Shown here piece after piece: positions 50,160 to 60,980 of a DNA stretch of 64,000 bases. Positions within the stretch are counted from its first letter, which is position 1, and each line of letters opens with the position of its first letter. The translations under genes were made by a program, and so were the position numbers. The DNA is taken from positions 22,149 through 86,148 of the forward strand of contig CACZYB010000004.1 of NCBI GenBank assembly GCA_902785275.1, given 5' to 3'. This stretch comes from an uncultured Pseudomonadota bacterium (GTDB lineage: Bacteria; Pseudomonadota; Alphaproteobacteria; Rs-D84; CACZYB01). The notes below the pieces were generated by a model. The model worked only from the letters and a program-made list of their open reading frames with translations. It ran no database searches and was not told the DNA's origin.

Positions 50160-50197
50160 AAAATTATCCCCTGAAGTTAGTTCAGGGGATTTTTTAA
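50160..50197. terminator. bidirectional rho-independent terminator between Cys-rich gene and leuS
   Basis: A 9-bp stem, TCCCCTGAA/TTCAGGGGA, has a T-run on plus and an A-run on minus. Confidence 0.55.
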
Positions 50198-50212
50198 TTT
50201 TGGTTTAAATGT

Positions 50213-52612
50213 TTAAACAACGATGTTTACAAGTTTGTTTGGAACAATGATAACTTTCTTTGGTTCTTTGCCACCAAAATATTTCTTTATTCCATCAAGC
50301 GAAAGAACAAACTTTTCAACTTCGGCATTTGGAAGATCAACCGGAACTTCGGCTTCGGCACGCTTTTTACCGTTGATTGAAATCACGATATTTACGTTTG
50401 ATGCAACCAAGGCCTTTTCATCAAATGTTGGCCATGCTTCGAAATCAAGAACTGATTTATGACCAAGTTCTTCCCACATTTGGTTTGCAAGGTGTGGTGC
50501 AAATGGGGAAAGAAGTTTGATGAATGTTTCAAACATTTCGGATGGTATTGTTTCCAATGTTCCCATGTGATTTGAGAAAATCATCAACGCAGAAACGGCA
50601 GTATTGAATTTCATTTCTTCGATACGTTCGGATACATCCTTTATTGCTTGGTGCATTGCGATAGTATCTTTTTCAGTCATTTTTGCATTGCCAACTTTTT
50701 CACTTAAATCATATACACGTGATAAAAATCTTGAAATTCCGATAAGTGAATTTGTTGACCACATTGCTGCTTGATCGAATGGGCCGATGAACATTTCGTA
50801 CATACGAAGTGTATCTGCACCGTATTTTGCAACTATGTCGTCTGGGTTTATAACGTTACCTTTTGACTTACTCATCTTTTCACCGTTTTCAGCCAAAATC
50901 ATACCGTGAAGTGAACGTTTTGCATAAGGTTCATCATGTGGAAGAAGACCTATATCGTATAATGCCTTGTGCCAGAAACGAGAGTATAGTAAGTGGCGTG
51001 TTACGTGTTCTGCACCGCCTTCGTACCAATCAACTTGACCCCAATAATTTAATGCTTCTTTTGATGCGAAAGCCTTATCATTATGTGGATCCATATATCT
51101 TAAGTAATACCATGAAGAACCAGCCCATGTTGGCATGGTGTCTGTTTCACGGGTTGCTGGACCGCCACAGTGTGGGCAGGTTGTGTGAATCCATTCGGTT
51201 GCCTTTGCAAGAGGGGATAAGCCTTCATCTGTTGGCATATAGTCATCAACATCTGGAAGTGTTAATGGTAAGTCCTTTTCATCCAATGGAACCCAACCAC
51301 ATTTTTCGCAATATACCATTGGAATTGGTTCACCCCAATAACGTTGACGTGTGAAAACCCAATCCTTCATGCGGTATTTTACAGAAGCCTTTCCAATTCC
51401 CATTTCTTCGACTTTTTTAATAATGCTATTGATTGCATCTTGTTTATTCATACCGTTAAGGAAGTCAGAATTGATATGTTCACCATCTTCGGTATAGGCT
51501 TCTTTTTCAATATTGCCACCCTTTAGAACTTCGATAATAGGGAGGTTGAACTTCTTGGCAAAATCATAGTCACGTTCATCGTGTGCTGGAACTGCCATAA
51601 TTGCACCGGTACCATAGCCCATTAAGACATAGTCGGAAACAAAGATTGGCATTTCTGTTTTTGAGAATGGATTGATTGCGGAAATTCCATCAATTTTTAC
51701 GCCGGTTTTATCCTTTGCCATACTTCTATCCATATCAGATTTTTGTGCAGAGGCAATTTGATACTTTTTTATTTCATCCATATTTTTGATTTGTGATGAA
51801 AGCTTTTCAATAATTGGATGTTCCGGTGCGATTACCATATATGTTGCGCCGAAAATTGTATCAGGACGGGTTGTGAAAATCTTTAGTCTTTCATCTGTGT
51901 TTGAAAGGGCAAAATCAATTTCTGCACCAACAGATTTACCAATCCATTCGGATTGCATCTTTTTTACGCTTTCTGGAAAATCAACATCTTTTAAACCTTC
52001 AAGAAGTTTATCAGAGTAAGATTGCATTTTTAAAATCCATGCTGATTTCTTTTTCTTTACAACTTCGCTTCCACAACGTTCGCAATGTCCGTTTTCAAGT
52101 TCTTCGTTTGAAATACCAATCTTACATTCTGGGCACCACCAGATTGTTTCTTCTCCCTTATATGCAAGACCTGCTTTTACAAATTGGATGAACATCCATT
52201 GTGTCCATTTATAATATTCTGGGTCGGTTGTGTTTATAACTCTGTCCCAATCAAAAGAGTAACCGATAGATTTTAATTGTTTTGTAAAGTTATCAACATT
52301 TTGTTTTGTTGCAACTGCTGGATGAATATGATTTTTAATTGCATATCTTTCTGTTGGAAGACCGAATGCATCAAATCCAATTGGAAATAATACATTGTAT
52401 CCCTGCATACGGCGTTTTCTTGAAATTATATCCATTGCAGTAAATGAACGTGGGTGACCAACGTGAAGACCTGCACCAGATGGATATGGAAACTCAAAAA
52501 GAGAAAAATACTTTGGTTTTGAATCGTCGATATCTACTTTGAATGTCTTTTCAGCATCCCATTTTTGTTGCCATTTTTTTTCTATTTCCTTAAAATTGTA
52601 TTCTTTTGTCAT
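50213..52612 (-). CDS. leuS: leucyl-tRNA synthetase
   Basis: It is full-length class I LeuS (HVGHP, KMSKSKGN) with a CP1 editing domain. Confidence 0.95.
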   Translation of the reverse strand: MTKEYNFKEIEKKWQQKWDAEKTFKVDIDDSKPKYFSLFEFPYPSGAGLHVGHPRSFTAMDIISRKRRMQGYNVLFPIGFDAFGLPTERYAIKNHIHPAVATKQNVDNFTKQLKSIGYSFDWDRVINTTDPEYYKWTQWMFIQFVKAGLAYKGEETIWWCPECKIGISNEELENGHCERCGSEVVKKKKSAWILKMQSYSDKLLEGLKDVDFPESVKKMQSEWIGKSVGAEIDFALSNTDERLKIFTTRPDTIFGATYMVIAPEHPIIEKLSSQIKNMDEIKKYQIASAQKSDMDRSMAKDKTGVKIDGISAINPFSKTEMPIFVSDYVLMGYGTGAIMAVPAHDERDYDFAKKFNLPIIEVLKGGNIEKEAYTEDGEHINSDFLNGMNKQDAINSIIKKVEEMGIGKASVKYRMKDWVFTRQRYWGEPIPMVYCEKCGWVPLDEKDLPLTLPDVDDYMPTDEGLSPLAKATEWIHTTCPHCGGPATRETDTMPTWAGSSWYYLRYMDPHNDKAFASKEALNYWGQVDWYEGGAEHVTRHLLYSRFWHKALYDIGLLPHDEPYAKRSLHGMILAENGEKMSKSKGNVINPDDIVAKYGADTLRMYEMFIGPFDQAAMWSTNSLIGISRFLSRVYDLSEKVGNAKMTEKDTIAMHQAIKDVSERIEEMKFNTAVSALMIFSNHMGTLETIPSEMFETFIKLLSPFAPHLANQMWEELGHKSVLDFEAWPTFDEKALVASNVNIVISINGKKRAEAEVPVDLPNAEVEKFVLSLDGIKKYFGGKEPKKVIIVPNKLVNIVV

Positions 52613-52755
52613 ATTTTTTCCTCTTTTTTCAATAATTGACAGATTGTGACAAACTTTGGATATATGTTTGCTTTTTCTGTTTACAAATCACAAATAACAG
52701 CATATACTCTGGATTTTATATTGGCAATAAATTTTTTATAAAAAAGAGGATAAAA

Positions 52756-53883
52756 ATGATAAATCAATTGAAGTATAGATATGTTAATTCAAAATTTGGA
52801 AAGCAAAAAAGTTCATCTCAATTTGTTTGGGTTATTTTGTTTTTGCTTGTTGTATGGTTCTTGTACGGTATGATTTTTAATAAGAAAGTATCAGAACCTG
52901 TTGTAAAAACAGACCTTGTAAAGGTAGATGTTGAACGTCTTTCAAAGAAAAACATTGTTTCTGATGTTTTGATTTTTGGTCATACAGAGGCAAGTGAAAA
53001 GGTTAATTTGAAAGTTAGAACTGCGGGTATTGTAGAATCTATTGTTAGAAAAAAAGGTGAATATGTTAAAAAGGGTGATGTAATCCTTAATATAAGAATG
53101 GAAGACAGAATTGAAAAGTTGGCTGCGGCACAGGCTGCAAAAGATAAGGCAGAAATTGAATTTAATACTGCATTAAGTCTTCTTGAACAAGGTTTGATTT
53201 CAAAGGTTGAATTTGTTGCAAATGAAGCAAATTACAGAAGTGCAAAGGCTGCTCTTCATCAAACTTCTTTGGATTTGGGTTATACTTCTCTTCGTGCTCC
53301 ATTTGATGGTGTTATAAATGAACTTAATGTTGAAAAGGGGTCTTATGTTTCAAAAGAGTCAACAGTTGGTGTATTTTTGAATTTGAATCCAATTAAGATT
53401 TCTGCTCAACTTCCTGAAAAATACATAAATCGTGTTAAAAAAGGTGTTGTTGCCCGTGTAAAGCTTTCAAACAAGATGGTTGTTGATGGTCTTCTTACTT
53501 ATGTTGCATCAATTGCAGATAGTTCAACAAGAACTTTTGCAGTAGAGCTTGAAGCACAAAACAAAGGTGAAAAGATTGTTGAAGGTTTGACTGCGGAAAT
53601 AAATCTTCCTTTGGATACAGTTTCTGCTGTTAAACTTAATGCTTCGTCTTGTCTTACATTTGGTGATGATGGTAGTGTTGGTGTAAAAACTGTGGATGAT
53701 GAAAATGTTGTTAGCTTCTATCCTGTTGAAATTGTTAAAGAAGAAGAAAATGGCCTTTGGGTTTCTGGTTTGCCAGAGCAAGTTAATGTGATTGTTGCTG
53801 GTGGTGAATTTGTTAAGGCTGGGGAAAAAGTTAAACCATCCTTTGTTAATGAAAAAGAAGAAGTTTCTACACCATTAAAATAA
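52756..53883 (+). CDS. RND efflux periplasmic adaptor (membrane fusion protein)
   Basis: It has a membrane anchor followed by biotinyl-lipoyl/alpha-hairpin/beta-barrel MFP layout. It lies directly upstream of the RND permease. The start was chosen at the ATG after AAGAGGA. Confidence 0.8.
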   Translation: MINQLKYRYVNSKFGKQKSSSQFVWVILFLLVVWFLYGMIFNKKVSEPVVKTDLVKVDVERLSKKNIVSDVLIFGHTEASEKVNLKVRTAGIVESIVRKKGEYVKKGDVILNIRMEDRIEKLAAAQAAKDKAEIEFNTALSLLEQGLISKVEFVANEANYRSAKAALHQTSLDLGYTSLRAPFDGVINELNVEKGSYVSKESTVGVFLNLNPIKISAQLPEKYINRVKKGVVARVKLSNKMVVDGLLTYVASIADSSTRTFAVELEAQNKGEKIVEGLTAEINLPLDTVSAVKLNASSCLTFGDDGSVGVKTVDDENVVSFYPVEIVKEEENGLWVSGLPEQVNVIVAGGEFVKAGEKVKPSFVNEKEEVSTPLK

Positions 53884-53921
53884 ATATAGTAGTAGTTAAA
53901 TATTTTATATAGGAGATTATT

Positions 53922-56900
53922 ATGTCGTTTATGAAACAAGCAATAAATAGATCAAGAGTGTTTATTTTCACTTTGATTTTGCTTACTGTATCTGGGCTTG
54001 TGACTTATTTAAAAATGTCAAAGGAGTCATTTCCAGATGTTACTGTACCTATGATTTTTATTAGGGTTAATTATACAGGAATATCACCAGAAGATGGTGA
54101 AAGACTTATTGCAAAACCTCTTGAAAAAGAGTGTAAAACAATAAGTGGTTTAAAGCAAATCGATAGTAAATGTTATGAAGGTTACTGTCAGGTAAAGATA
54201 GATTTTATTGCCGGTTATGATATTGAAAAGGGGCTTCGTGAAACAAAGGATGCTGTTGATGATGCGAAGACAAATATGCCTAAAAATATTGATGAACCTA
54301 TTATTAAGGAAATAAATACTTCGGAATTTGCGATTGCGATTGTTAATATTTACGGTTCTGCGCCAGAAAAAACTTTGATGAATATTGCTGAAGAACTTCA
54401 AGATATTTTTGAATCTATTCCTGGTGTTTTGGAGGCAGAAATTGGTGGTCAACGTGATGAACAGGTTGAAATACTTATCGATCCTGCAAAACTTAATGCT
54501 TATAAATTATCTATAAGTGATTTGGGTAATTTCTTTGCTGGTTCGAATATGCTTATTCCTGCGGGTAATATTGAAACAGAACGTGGTGCCTTTCCTATTA
54601 AAGTACCTGGCTTGATTGAAACAGTTGATGATGTTCTTAATCTTCCAATTAAGGTTTCAAATGATGCTGTTATAAAACTTTCTGATGTGGCAGAGGTAAG
54701 AAGAAATTTTGCGAATGCAACACAGTATGTTCGTATGAACAAACAACCTTCACTTTCTCTTGAAATTAAAAAACGTTCAGGGGCAAATACTATAAATACT
54801 GTTGCTGCAGTGCAAAAGGCATTGGATGAAGCAAGAAAAACTTTGCCTGCAAATATTATTGTAAAGCTTACAAACAATTCTGCGGAAACAATTAAAGACA
54901 ATCTTGTTGATCTTCAAAACAATGTGATTTCATCAATGCTTTTGGTTATTGTTTGTGTCGTTTTGATGTTGGGTATAAGAACTGGACTTTTGGTTGGTTT
55001 CTCAATCCCTGTTTCCTTCTTTATTGGTATACTTTTGTTGGGAATGATGGGTGTTACAATAAATATGGTTGTTTTGTTCGGTCTTATATTGGCTGTTGGT
55101 ATGCTTGTTGATGGTGCGATTGTTGTTACTGAATATGCCGATAAGAAAATGCAAGAAGGTGCAAGTAGGGTTGATGCGTATGCAGAGGCTTCTGGAAGAA
55201 TGGCATTGTCAATTATTGCTTCGACAATAACAACACTTATTGCATTTGCTCCACTTCTTTTGTGGCCAGGTGTTATTGGTGAATTTATGAAATATTTGCC
55301 ATTGACTGTGATTTGTGTTCTTTCAGCATCACTTATTGTGGCATTGGTATTTATTCCTGTGCTTGGTGCTATGTTTGGTAAGGCTGGTACCGTAAGTGAA
55401 CAAAGTAAAGAAGCTTTGATTGCAACAGAAACAGGCCATTATGAAAAGTTAACTGGATATATGAAAGTATACTATAATATTCTTCATTGGGCATTGCTTC
55501 GTCCAGGAAAGGTTATTTTAGGAATACTTGTCGTTTTATTCTTATCATTCTTTATTTATGGAAAGTTTGGTGTTGGTGTTGAATTCTTCCCTGACTCTGA
55601 ACCTGACTTTTTAAAGGTGAACGTTCATGCACGTGGAAATCTTTCTGTTGATGAAAAGTCTGGATTTATAAAACAGGTTGAAGATAAACTTTATACAATG
55701 AAGTATTTCAAGGATGTTTATTCAAGAACTGGTGCTAAATCTTATCGTTCAGCTGAAGACGTTGTTGGTTATGTTCAGGTTGAACTTAAGAATTGGCAGG
55801 AACGTCCAAGATCAAATAAGATTATTAAAGAAATGGAAGAAAAACTTTCTGATATTTCCGGTGTGATTTTGGAAATAACAAAGGAAGATAAAGGTCCGAA
55901 ATCTGGAAAACCTATTGAAATAGAAATTTCTGCAAATTCAGATAGTCAGAAACTTTTGGAATCAGGGTATAAGTATATTGAAACTGCGATGGATAAAATT
56001 GGTGGTTTTGTAAATACTGAAAATACTTTACCACTTCCTGGTATTCAATGGGAAATGCGTATTAATAAGGCGCAGGCTGCAAAGTTTGGTGTAAGTATTT
56101 CCTCAATCGGAAGCATTGTTCAGATGATGACAAGGGGTGCGATTGTTTCTTCTTATCGTCCAGGTGACAGTGATGATGAACTTGATATTGTTGTTCGTTT
56201 TCCAAAAAAGTTTAGAGCTTTGGATATGATTGACAATCTTTATGTTGTAACATCTTCGGGAAAGTCTGTTCCTATATCTACATTTGTTGATATTATACCT
56301 TCGCATAAGGTGAACCTTGTTCAAAGAATTGATGGTCGTCGTGTGTTAAGAGTTTCAACAGATGTTGAACAAGGGCATTTCGCGGCGGATAAGGTTGCTA
56401 AACTTAAGGCATATATCAAAGAACATTCTTTGCCAAATGGTGTAAGGGTAAAGTTCCGTGGTGAAGATGAAGATAGTAAAGAAAGTTCTTCTTTTGTGGG
56501 AATGGCTTTCCTTGCGGCTGTGTTTATGATGGGATTTGTACTTTTGTTACAGTTTAACAGTTTCTATTCTACATTTATGATTTTGTTCTCGATATTGATT
56601 TCGACTATTGGTGTGGTTTTGGGGCTTGTTATTATGCGTGATCCGTTCTCTATTGTTATGACTGGATTGGCTATTGTTTCTCTTGCCGGTGTGGTTGTTA
56701 ACAATAATATTGTGTTGATTGATGCGTATGATGAAATAAAGGATAAGGTTAGTGATCCATTTGATGCGGTTATAAGAACTGGTCTTCAAAGATTACGTCC
56801 GGTTTACCTTACAACTGTAACAACTATTTTGGGTCTTGTTCCTATGGCAATGAAGCTTAATATCGATTTCATTAATGCAGATATTACCTTTGGTGCGCCG

Positions 56901-57068
56901 TCAATGGATATGTGGTCTGCATTCTCGAAATCTATGATTTTTGGACTTGGGTTTGCAACAATCCTTACTTTGGTTGTAACACCTTGTATGATACTTTTTG
57001 GTGTAAAGGTACGAAAGAAGTTTAAGGAATGGTGGAAACAAAAGTTTAGAAAGAAAGAACAAGAATAA
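53922..57068 (+). CDS. RND efflux transporter permease (AcrB/AcrD family)
   Basis: A 1048-aa ORF with 12 TM segments and two large periplasmic loops, typical of HAE1 RND pumps. Confidence 0.9.
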   Translation: MSFMKQAINRSRVFIFTLILLTVSGLVTYLKMSKESFPDVTVPMIFIRVNYTGISPEDGERLIAKPLEKECKTISGLKQIDSKCYEGYCQVKIDFIAGYDIEKGLRETKDAVDDAKTNMPKNIDEPIIKEINTSEFAIAIVNIYGSAPEKTLMNIAEELQDIFESIPGVLEAEIGGQRDEQVEILIDPAKLNAYKLSISDLGNFFAGSNMLIPAGNIETERGAFPIKVPGLIETVDDVLNLPIKVSNDAVIKLSDVAEVRRNFANATQYVRMNKQPSLSLEIKKRSGANTINTVAAVQKALDEARKTLPANIIVKLTNNSAETIKDNLVDLQNNVISSMLLVIVCVVLMLGIRTGLLVGFSIPVSFFIGILLLGMMGVTINMVVLFGLILAVGMLVDGAIVVTEYADKKMQEGASRVDAYAEASGRMALSIIASTITTLIAFAPLLLWPGVIGEFMKYLPLTVICVLSASLIVALVFIPVLGAMFGKAGTVSEQSKEALIATETGHYEKLTGYMKVYYNILHWALLRPGKVILGILVVLFLSFFIYGKFGVGVEFFPDSEPDFLKVNVHARGNLSVDEKSGFIKQVEDKLYTMKYFKDVYSRTGAKSYRSAEDVVGYVQVELKNWQERPRSNKIIKEMEEKLSDISGVILEITKEDKGPKSGKPIEIEISANSDSQKLLESGYKYIETAMDKIGGFVNTENTLPLPGIQWEMRINKAQAAKFGVSISSIGSIVQMMTRGAIVSSYRPGDSDDELDIVVRFPKKFRALDMIDNLYVVTSSGKSVPISTFVDIIPSHKVNLVQRIDGRRVLRVSTDVEQGHFAADKVAKLKAYIKEHSLPNGVRVKFRGEDEDSKESSSFVGMAFLAAVFMMGFVLLLQFNSFYSTFMILFSILISTIGVVLGLVIMRDPFSIVMTGLAIVSLAGVVVNNNIVLIDAYDEIKDKVSDPFDAVIRTGLQRLRPVYLTTVTTILGLVPMAMKLNIDFINADITFGAPSMDMWSAFSKSMIFGLGFATILTLVVTPCMILFGVKVRKKFKEWWKQKFRKKEQE

Positions 57069-57073
57069 TATTT

Positions 57074-57101
57074 AAGGCCTCTGTTTTTGAGGCCTTTTTT
57101 G
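57074..57101 (+). terminator. rho-independent terminator after RND operon
   Basis: AAGGCCTC TGTTTTT GAGGCCTT is followed by TTTTTT. Confidence 0.6.
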
Positions 57102-57201
57102 TATTAAAAAACATCGTTGACAAAATAGGAATATTTTGCTATAAAATGCCTTCGTGATGTTAAATATCACATATTTTAATGGTTGTAGTGAAAGGATGAA
57201 A

Positions 57202-57909
57202 ATGAATACTGTTGAAAATAAAGTTTCTAATATTTCGGAAGAAACTTCCTCACAAATAATTGAACCTAAACCGACAGAATCTTTGTTTAATGACGAAAGG
57301 GCTGTGGATGCTTCTGTTATAAATACAAATGAAAAAACAAAAAAGACTTTGGTTGAAAAAATAAAAGAATTTAAGTCCAAGAAAAAAGCTGATAAAGAAG
57401 CAAAAGAAAAATCTGAAGAAGAAGAAAGAGAAAAGTATAGAGTACTTTATTGGAAAAATTTTGATAAAAAATATAAAGAATTAAGAAGTGGTTCTTTGGG
57501 AAAATATTGGGGACTTTTTGAAAAAGATAATGTTCAGATTTATACTGTAAGGAAGCTTGTTGATAAAGTTATTTTCAATACTATTTTTACAGGTTTATTA
57601 CTTACTGTTTATTTACCTAAAGTTACGAAAGCTGCTGCAAATATATTTATGCCAGTAAATAAAGGTTCTGTTGTAAATGAAATAATTGGGAAAAATTTTT
57701 CTTTATATGGAATTGATTTTGATGAACATCCAGAAACTGTTGAAGTTGTACTTCACTTAGATAATGAAAAAGATGCTTTGATGAAAGATAAAATAAAAAT
57801 TGGTTCTGAAATTTATATAAAATCTTTTCCTTATGATATTTCCTATATGGATAAAAGATTGTCAAAAGATGTTTATAAAATTGATGATTTAGTTATTAAG
57901 AAAAGGTAA
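57202..57909 (+). CDS. hypothetical protein with Lys/Glu-rich segment and one TM helix
   Basis: No family was recognised. The start was placed at the ATG 7 nt after AAAGGA. Confidence 0.4.
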   Translation: MNTVENKVSNISEETSSQIIEPKPTESLFNDERAVDASVINTNEKTKKTLVEKIKEFKSKKKADKEAKEKSEEEEREKYRVLYWKNFDKKYKELRSGSLGKYWGLFEKDNVQIYTVRKLVDKVIFNTIFTGLLLTVYLPKVTKAAANIFMPVNKGSVVNEIIGKNFSLYGIDFDEHPETVEVVLHLDNEKDALMKDKIKIGSEIYIKSFPYDISYMDKRLSKDVYKIDDLVIKKR

Positions 57910-57966
57910 TTTTTTATAGGTTTTTATAAAAAAATCCGGATGGTTTTAATGCTGTCCGGATATTTT

Positions 57967-58437
57967 TTAAAATCTTTCTGCTCGTTTAAGTTCGTTTAAC
58001 ATTGCTGTAAAGTTTTGAATTTGAGCTAAATCTTTTTTAAGTTGTTTTGGATAGTATGCTTTTGCAATATTGGTACCCAAACGAACATCGTTATATATTT
58101 GGTCCATAAATTCTTTGTTATTAATGTTTTGAGTCAAAATTTTAAATGTTTCAAGTAAAGCGTCGGCCTTATCATCTATGGAAAGTTTTGCATTTTCTTT
58201 TTCTAAATCCATAAGGTCTTCGTGGTATTGCATCAAAAGACCGTAAGTTATAAAATAATTATCTTCTGGTTTACGATTGAGAATTGTTGCAATTTTTAAA
58301 ATTGTGTTAGATGAAATTTCATCAGCCCTTAAAAGAGATGAAGCAAGATTATATCTTTGATCTTGAGATATTGTAATATTTGGATTTCCGTAACTGTCTC
58401 TTAATATGTCTTTGTAACTTTTATCAGCTGTTTTCAT
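57967..58437 (-). CDS. hypothetical protein
   Basis: A 156-aa product starting MKTADKS, after an AGGAGA RBS. Confidence 0.4.
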   Translation of the reverse strand: MKTADKSYKDILRDSYGNPNITISQDQRYNLASSLLRADEISSNTILKIATILNRKPEDNYFITYGLLMQYHEDLMDLEKENAKLSIDDKADALLETFKILTQNINNKEFMDQIYNDVRLGTNIAKAYYPKQLKKDLAQIQNFTAMLNELKRAERF

Positions 58438-58569
58438 TTTGCTCTCCTGGAAAACATAATACCACAAAAATTATAGTATTTCCAGTAAAAATATTAAATT
58501 TTCTTTTGAATAAATTCGTTTATATTAAAAAAATTTTTATATACTTTTATTTTTGGTAAATTTTACAGG

Positions 58570-58601
58570 AAAAAAGCCAGAACTTTGATTTTGTTCTGGC
58601 C
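58570..58601 (-). terminator. rho-independent terminator downstream of metK
   Basis: The stem GCCAGAAC/GTTCTGGC has a T-run on the minus strand. Confidence 0.5.
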
Positions 58602-58609
58602 TTTTATTT

Positions 58610-59620
58610 TTATAGCAAACTGAATAAACCATTTTTGCAAAGGTCTTTGAATACTGGTTTTCTTAACCCAAGTTCATCAATAATTTCGGATGGGGTTTTT
58701 GTAACGATGATATTTTTCATTGTTGTAATTCCATTCTTTATAGTTTTTACTGTTGCACTTGGAAGTTCGGATTTACCAATACATGATGAAAGGTAAACAA
58801 AGCATTCGTCATTATCTGCTAAATATTGTAATGCCAATTTTCTTGCATAAATATTTAGTGTTAAATCAGCCTTGCTTGCATCCTTGGTCCATGGACTTCC
58901 ACCACCAACAGGGCAGGCGGTTGAATAGAAATCTACGGCTAGTTTTCTACCTGTTATTCCGCAATCAGCAATGGATGAATGATATGTATAAATACCGGTT
59001 CCGTTTACGATAATTTGTTTTGGTCTTTCACCTAAAGTTTCAATGATAAAATCAGTCAAATTAATTTGAGAAAGCATAGGTACGGCAACGATTGCGGTAT
59101 CAATATTTCCATCATCATCAAGCGTGATTTGAGTTTTTATATCAAGTCCTAATATGAAACCTGATTTTGCTTTTTCATAAATTGCACGATTAAGTTTTCG
59201 GGCAAGGTAAAGTTCACGATTTATATTTCCATCTCCCTTGCATGCATAACCGACAAAGACACCTTGGTCTCCCCATCCGTTTTGTTCGACACCTTTGTTT
59301 ATGTCGCTGGATTGGTAACCGATAAGGTTTTCGACTTTTACCTTTTGTGGTTCTATGGCAAAGTGGCCCCAATGTTTTGCATATTCGGTTGTGTAACCGA
59401 TGTTTGCAAGAGCATCAAGCACATAGTCGTTTATTTTTTTTAGTGAGACATTTCCCATTATTTCTCCGCCAAGGATTATGTTGTTATCTTTTATCATAAC
59501 CTCGACGGCGTACTTGATATGACTGTCTTGTTCAATCAATTTATCAAGGATGTAACTAGAAATATAATCAGATGTTTTATCAGGATGGCCCAAAGAGACC
59601 GCTTCAGCAGTTTTTTTCAT
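58610..59620 (-). CDS. metK: S-adenosylmethionine synthetase (divergent, shortened MetK)
   Basis: It has GHPDK, DQGVFVGYA, DCGITGRK and GGGSPWTKDASKAD, collinear with bacterial MetK motifs. It is only 336 aa versus about 385 typical. Confidence 0.7.
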   Translation of the reverse strand: MKKTAEAVSLGHPDKTSDYISSYILDKLIEQDSHIKYAVEVMIKDNNIILGGEIMGNVSLKKINDYVLDALANIGYTTEYAKHWGHFAIEPQKVKVENLIGYQSSDINKGVEQNGWGDQGVFVGYACKGDGNINRELYLARKLNRAIYEKAKSGFILGLDIKTQITLDDDGNIDTAIVAVPMLSQINLTDFIIETLGERPKQIIVNGTGIYTYHSSIADCGITGRKLAVDFYSTACPVGGGSPWTKDASKADLTLNIYARKLALQYLADNDECFVYLSSCIGKSELPSATVKTIKNGITTMKNIIVTKTPSEIIDELGLRKPVFKDLCKNGLFSLL

Positions 59621-59738
59621 ACTAATCTCCTTTTTTAGTCCGTTTCGTGGGACAAGTTAGGTTAAATTCACGAGGACTCGCTTTCGCAAATCCAAAACCA
59701 AGTATATGATAAAATTCTTTTGTTGGCAAGAAGAATTT

Positions 59739-60980
59739 TTATTTTGCTAAATTTTCCTGTTTATAAATTTCTTTTATTTGATCAATTAAGCCAGAAGAAA
59801 TTTTATTTTTCTTTAAAGATTTTCTGCTTTTTTTACGATGTGAAGCATAAATATCTCTCATGACATTATGAATAACACTTTTATCGTAATCAATGTGTAT
59901 ACTTTTACTGATATCGATATGTTCTATTTTTTGTGTTTTAGGATTATACAAATCAAAAGTCATCATTTTAGATTTTAACTGATTAAAATTTTGCTCTGTT
60001 AGTTGATTCCTTTTAAAATTTTTGTATGAAAAAGAAGAAAGATATTGTTGTGCAATCATTGTCCATAAACTTAAATTATAATGTTCTTCGCCTACTGATA
60101 AAAAGTCTTTTATGTACTCACTTATTGTATCAATCTTAGTTTCATTATTGCTATTTTCCATAGAATTTATTTCTAAGATTTTTTCGATATCTTTTAATAA
60201 TACGCTATCAGCTTTTATTGATAATTGATATCCGTTTAAATAAGCATTATTTATTCTTGCACAGATAGATGAAAATTCTGCGGAAATTTCATCAAGTATC
60301 ATGTATTCTATAAGGTCTGTGTGTGCTAAACCTTTCTCCAAAGAATACTTTTGTAATAATCTGAAATTGTATGTATGTCTTAGTTCATGTAGCAATGTAT
60401 AGAAGGTTTCATCTTTTATAAGATCAACATAAATTGTTATGGCCTCGTTTTCTTTTTTGATAAAATCTTTTGGTAATTTTTCATATATAAATACAGGGTA
60501 GAAAAGTATAACTTTGTTATCTTTTGCATTGAAAAATCCGGAACAATTTTCTGTATTTGTTATTTTTTTAAAATAAAATTCATCTTTGTTATTTGTATCG
60601 AATTCTTTTTCGTAAAAACATGGTACTTCTTCAATGGTTACACCTAAATTTTGCAAATATTCAGGAATATTGTATTTGAGATATTCGTAACTATTTTTGG
60701 AATTAATGTAAAAAAATTCATTTTTGTTATTAGGTAACGCCTTTTTTATAATTTCGTCTGTTAATAGTTCAGTTGTGTTAGAGGATGATTTTAATGTATG
60801 AATGTAACCAATAGCATTACTTTTATTAGCATCAATTAATGAATTATCAAAAATGGAAGTCATATTGGATATTTTATCTAAGCTTTCAAAATCGTTTTGT
60901 GTTAAATTTTTTTTCTTTGTCGCAAACACAATTCCATTTGAGTTTATATAGATGTTCTTTTTTGAATTAATACACTTCAT
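59739..60980 (-). CDS. hypothetical protein with HExxH (zincin-like) motif
   Basis: A 413-aa ORF with TLLHELRHT. It has no signal peptide and lies immediately downstream of tRNA-Leu(GAG). Confidence 0.5.
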   Translation of the reverse strand: MKCINSKKNIYINSNGIVFATKKKNLTQNDFESLDKISNMTSIFDNSLIDANKSNAIGYIHTLKSSSNTTELLTDEIIKKALPNNKNEFFYINSKNSYEYLKYNIPEYLQNLGVTIEEVPCFYEKEFDTNNKDEFYFKKITNTENCSGFFNAKDNKVILFYPVFIYEKLPKDFIKKENEAITIYVDLIKDETFYTLLHELRHTYNFRLLQKYSLEKGLAHTDLIEYMILDEISAEFSSICARINNAYLNGYQLSIKADSVLLKDIEKILEINSMENSNNETKIDTISEYIKDFLSVGEEHYNLSLWTMIAQQYLSSFSYKNFKRNQLTEQNFNQLKSKMMTFDLYNPKTQKIEHIDISKSIHIDYDKSVIHNVMRDIYASHRKKSRKSLKKNKISSGLIDQIKEIYKQENLAK

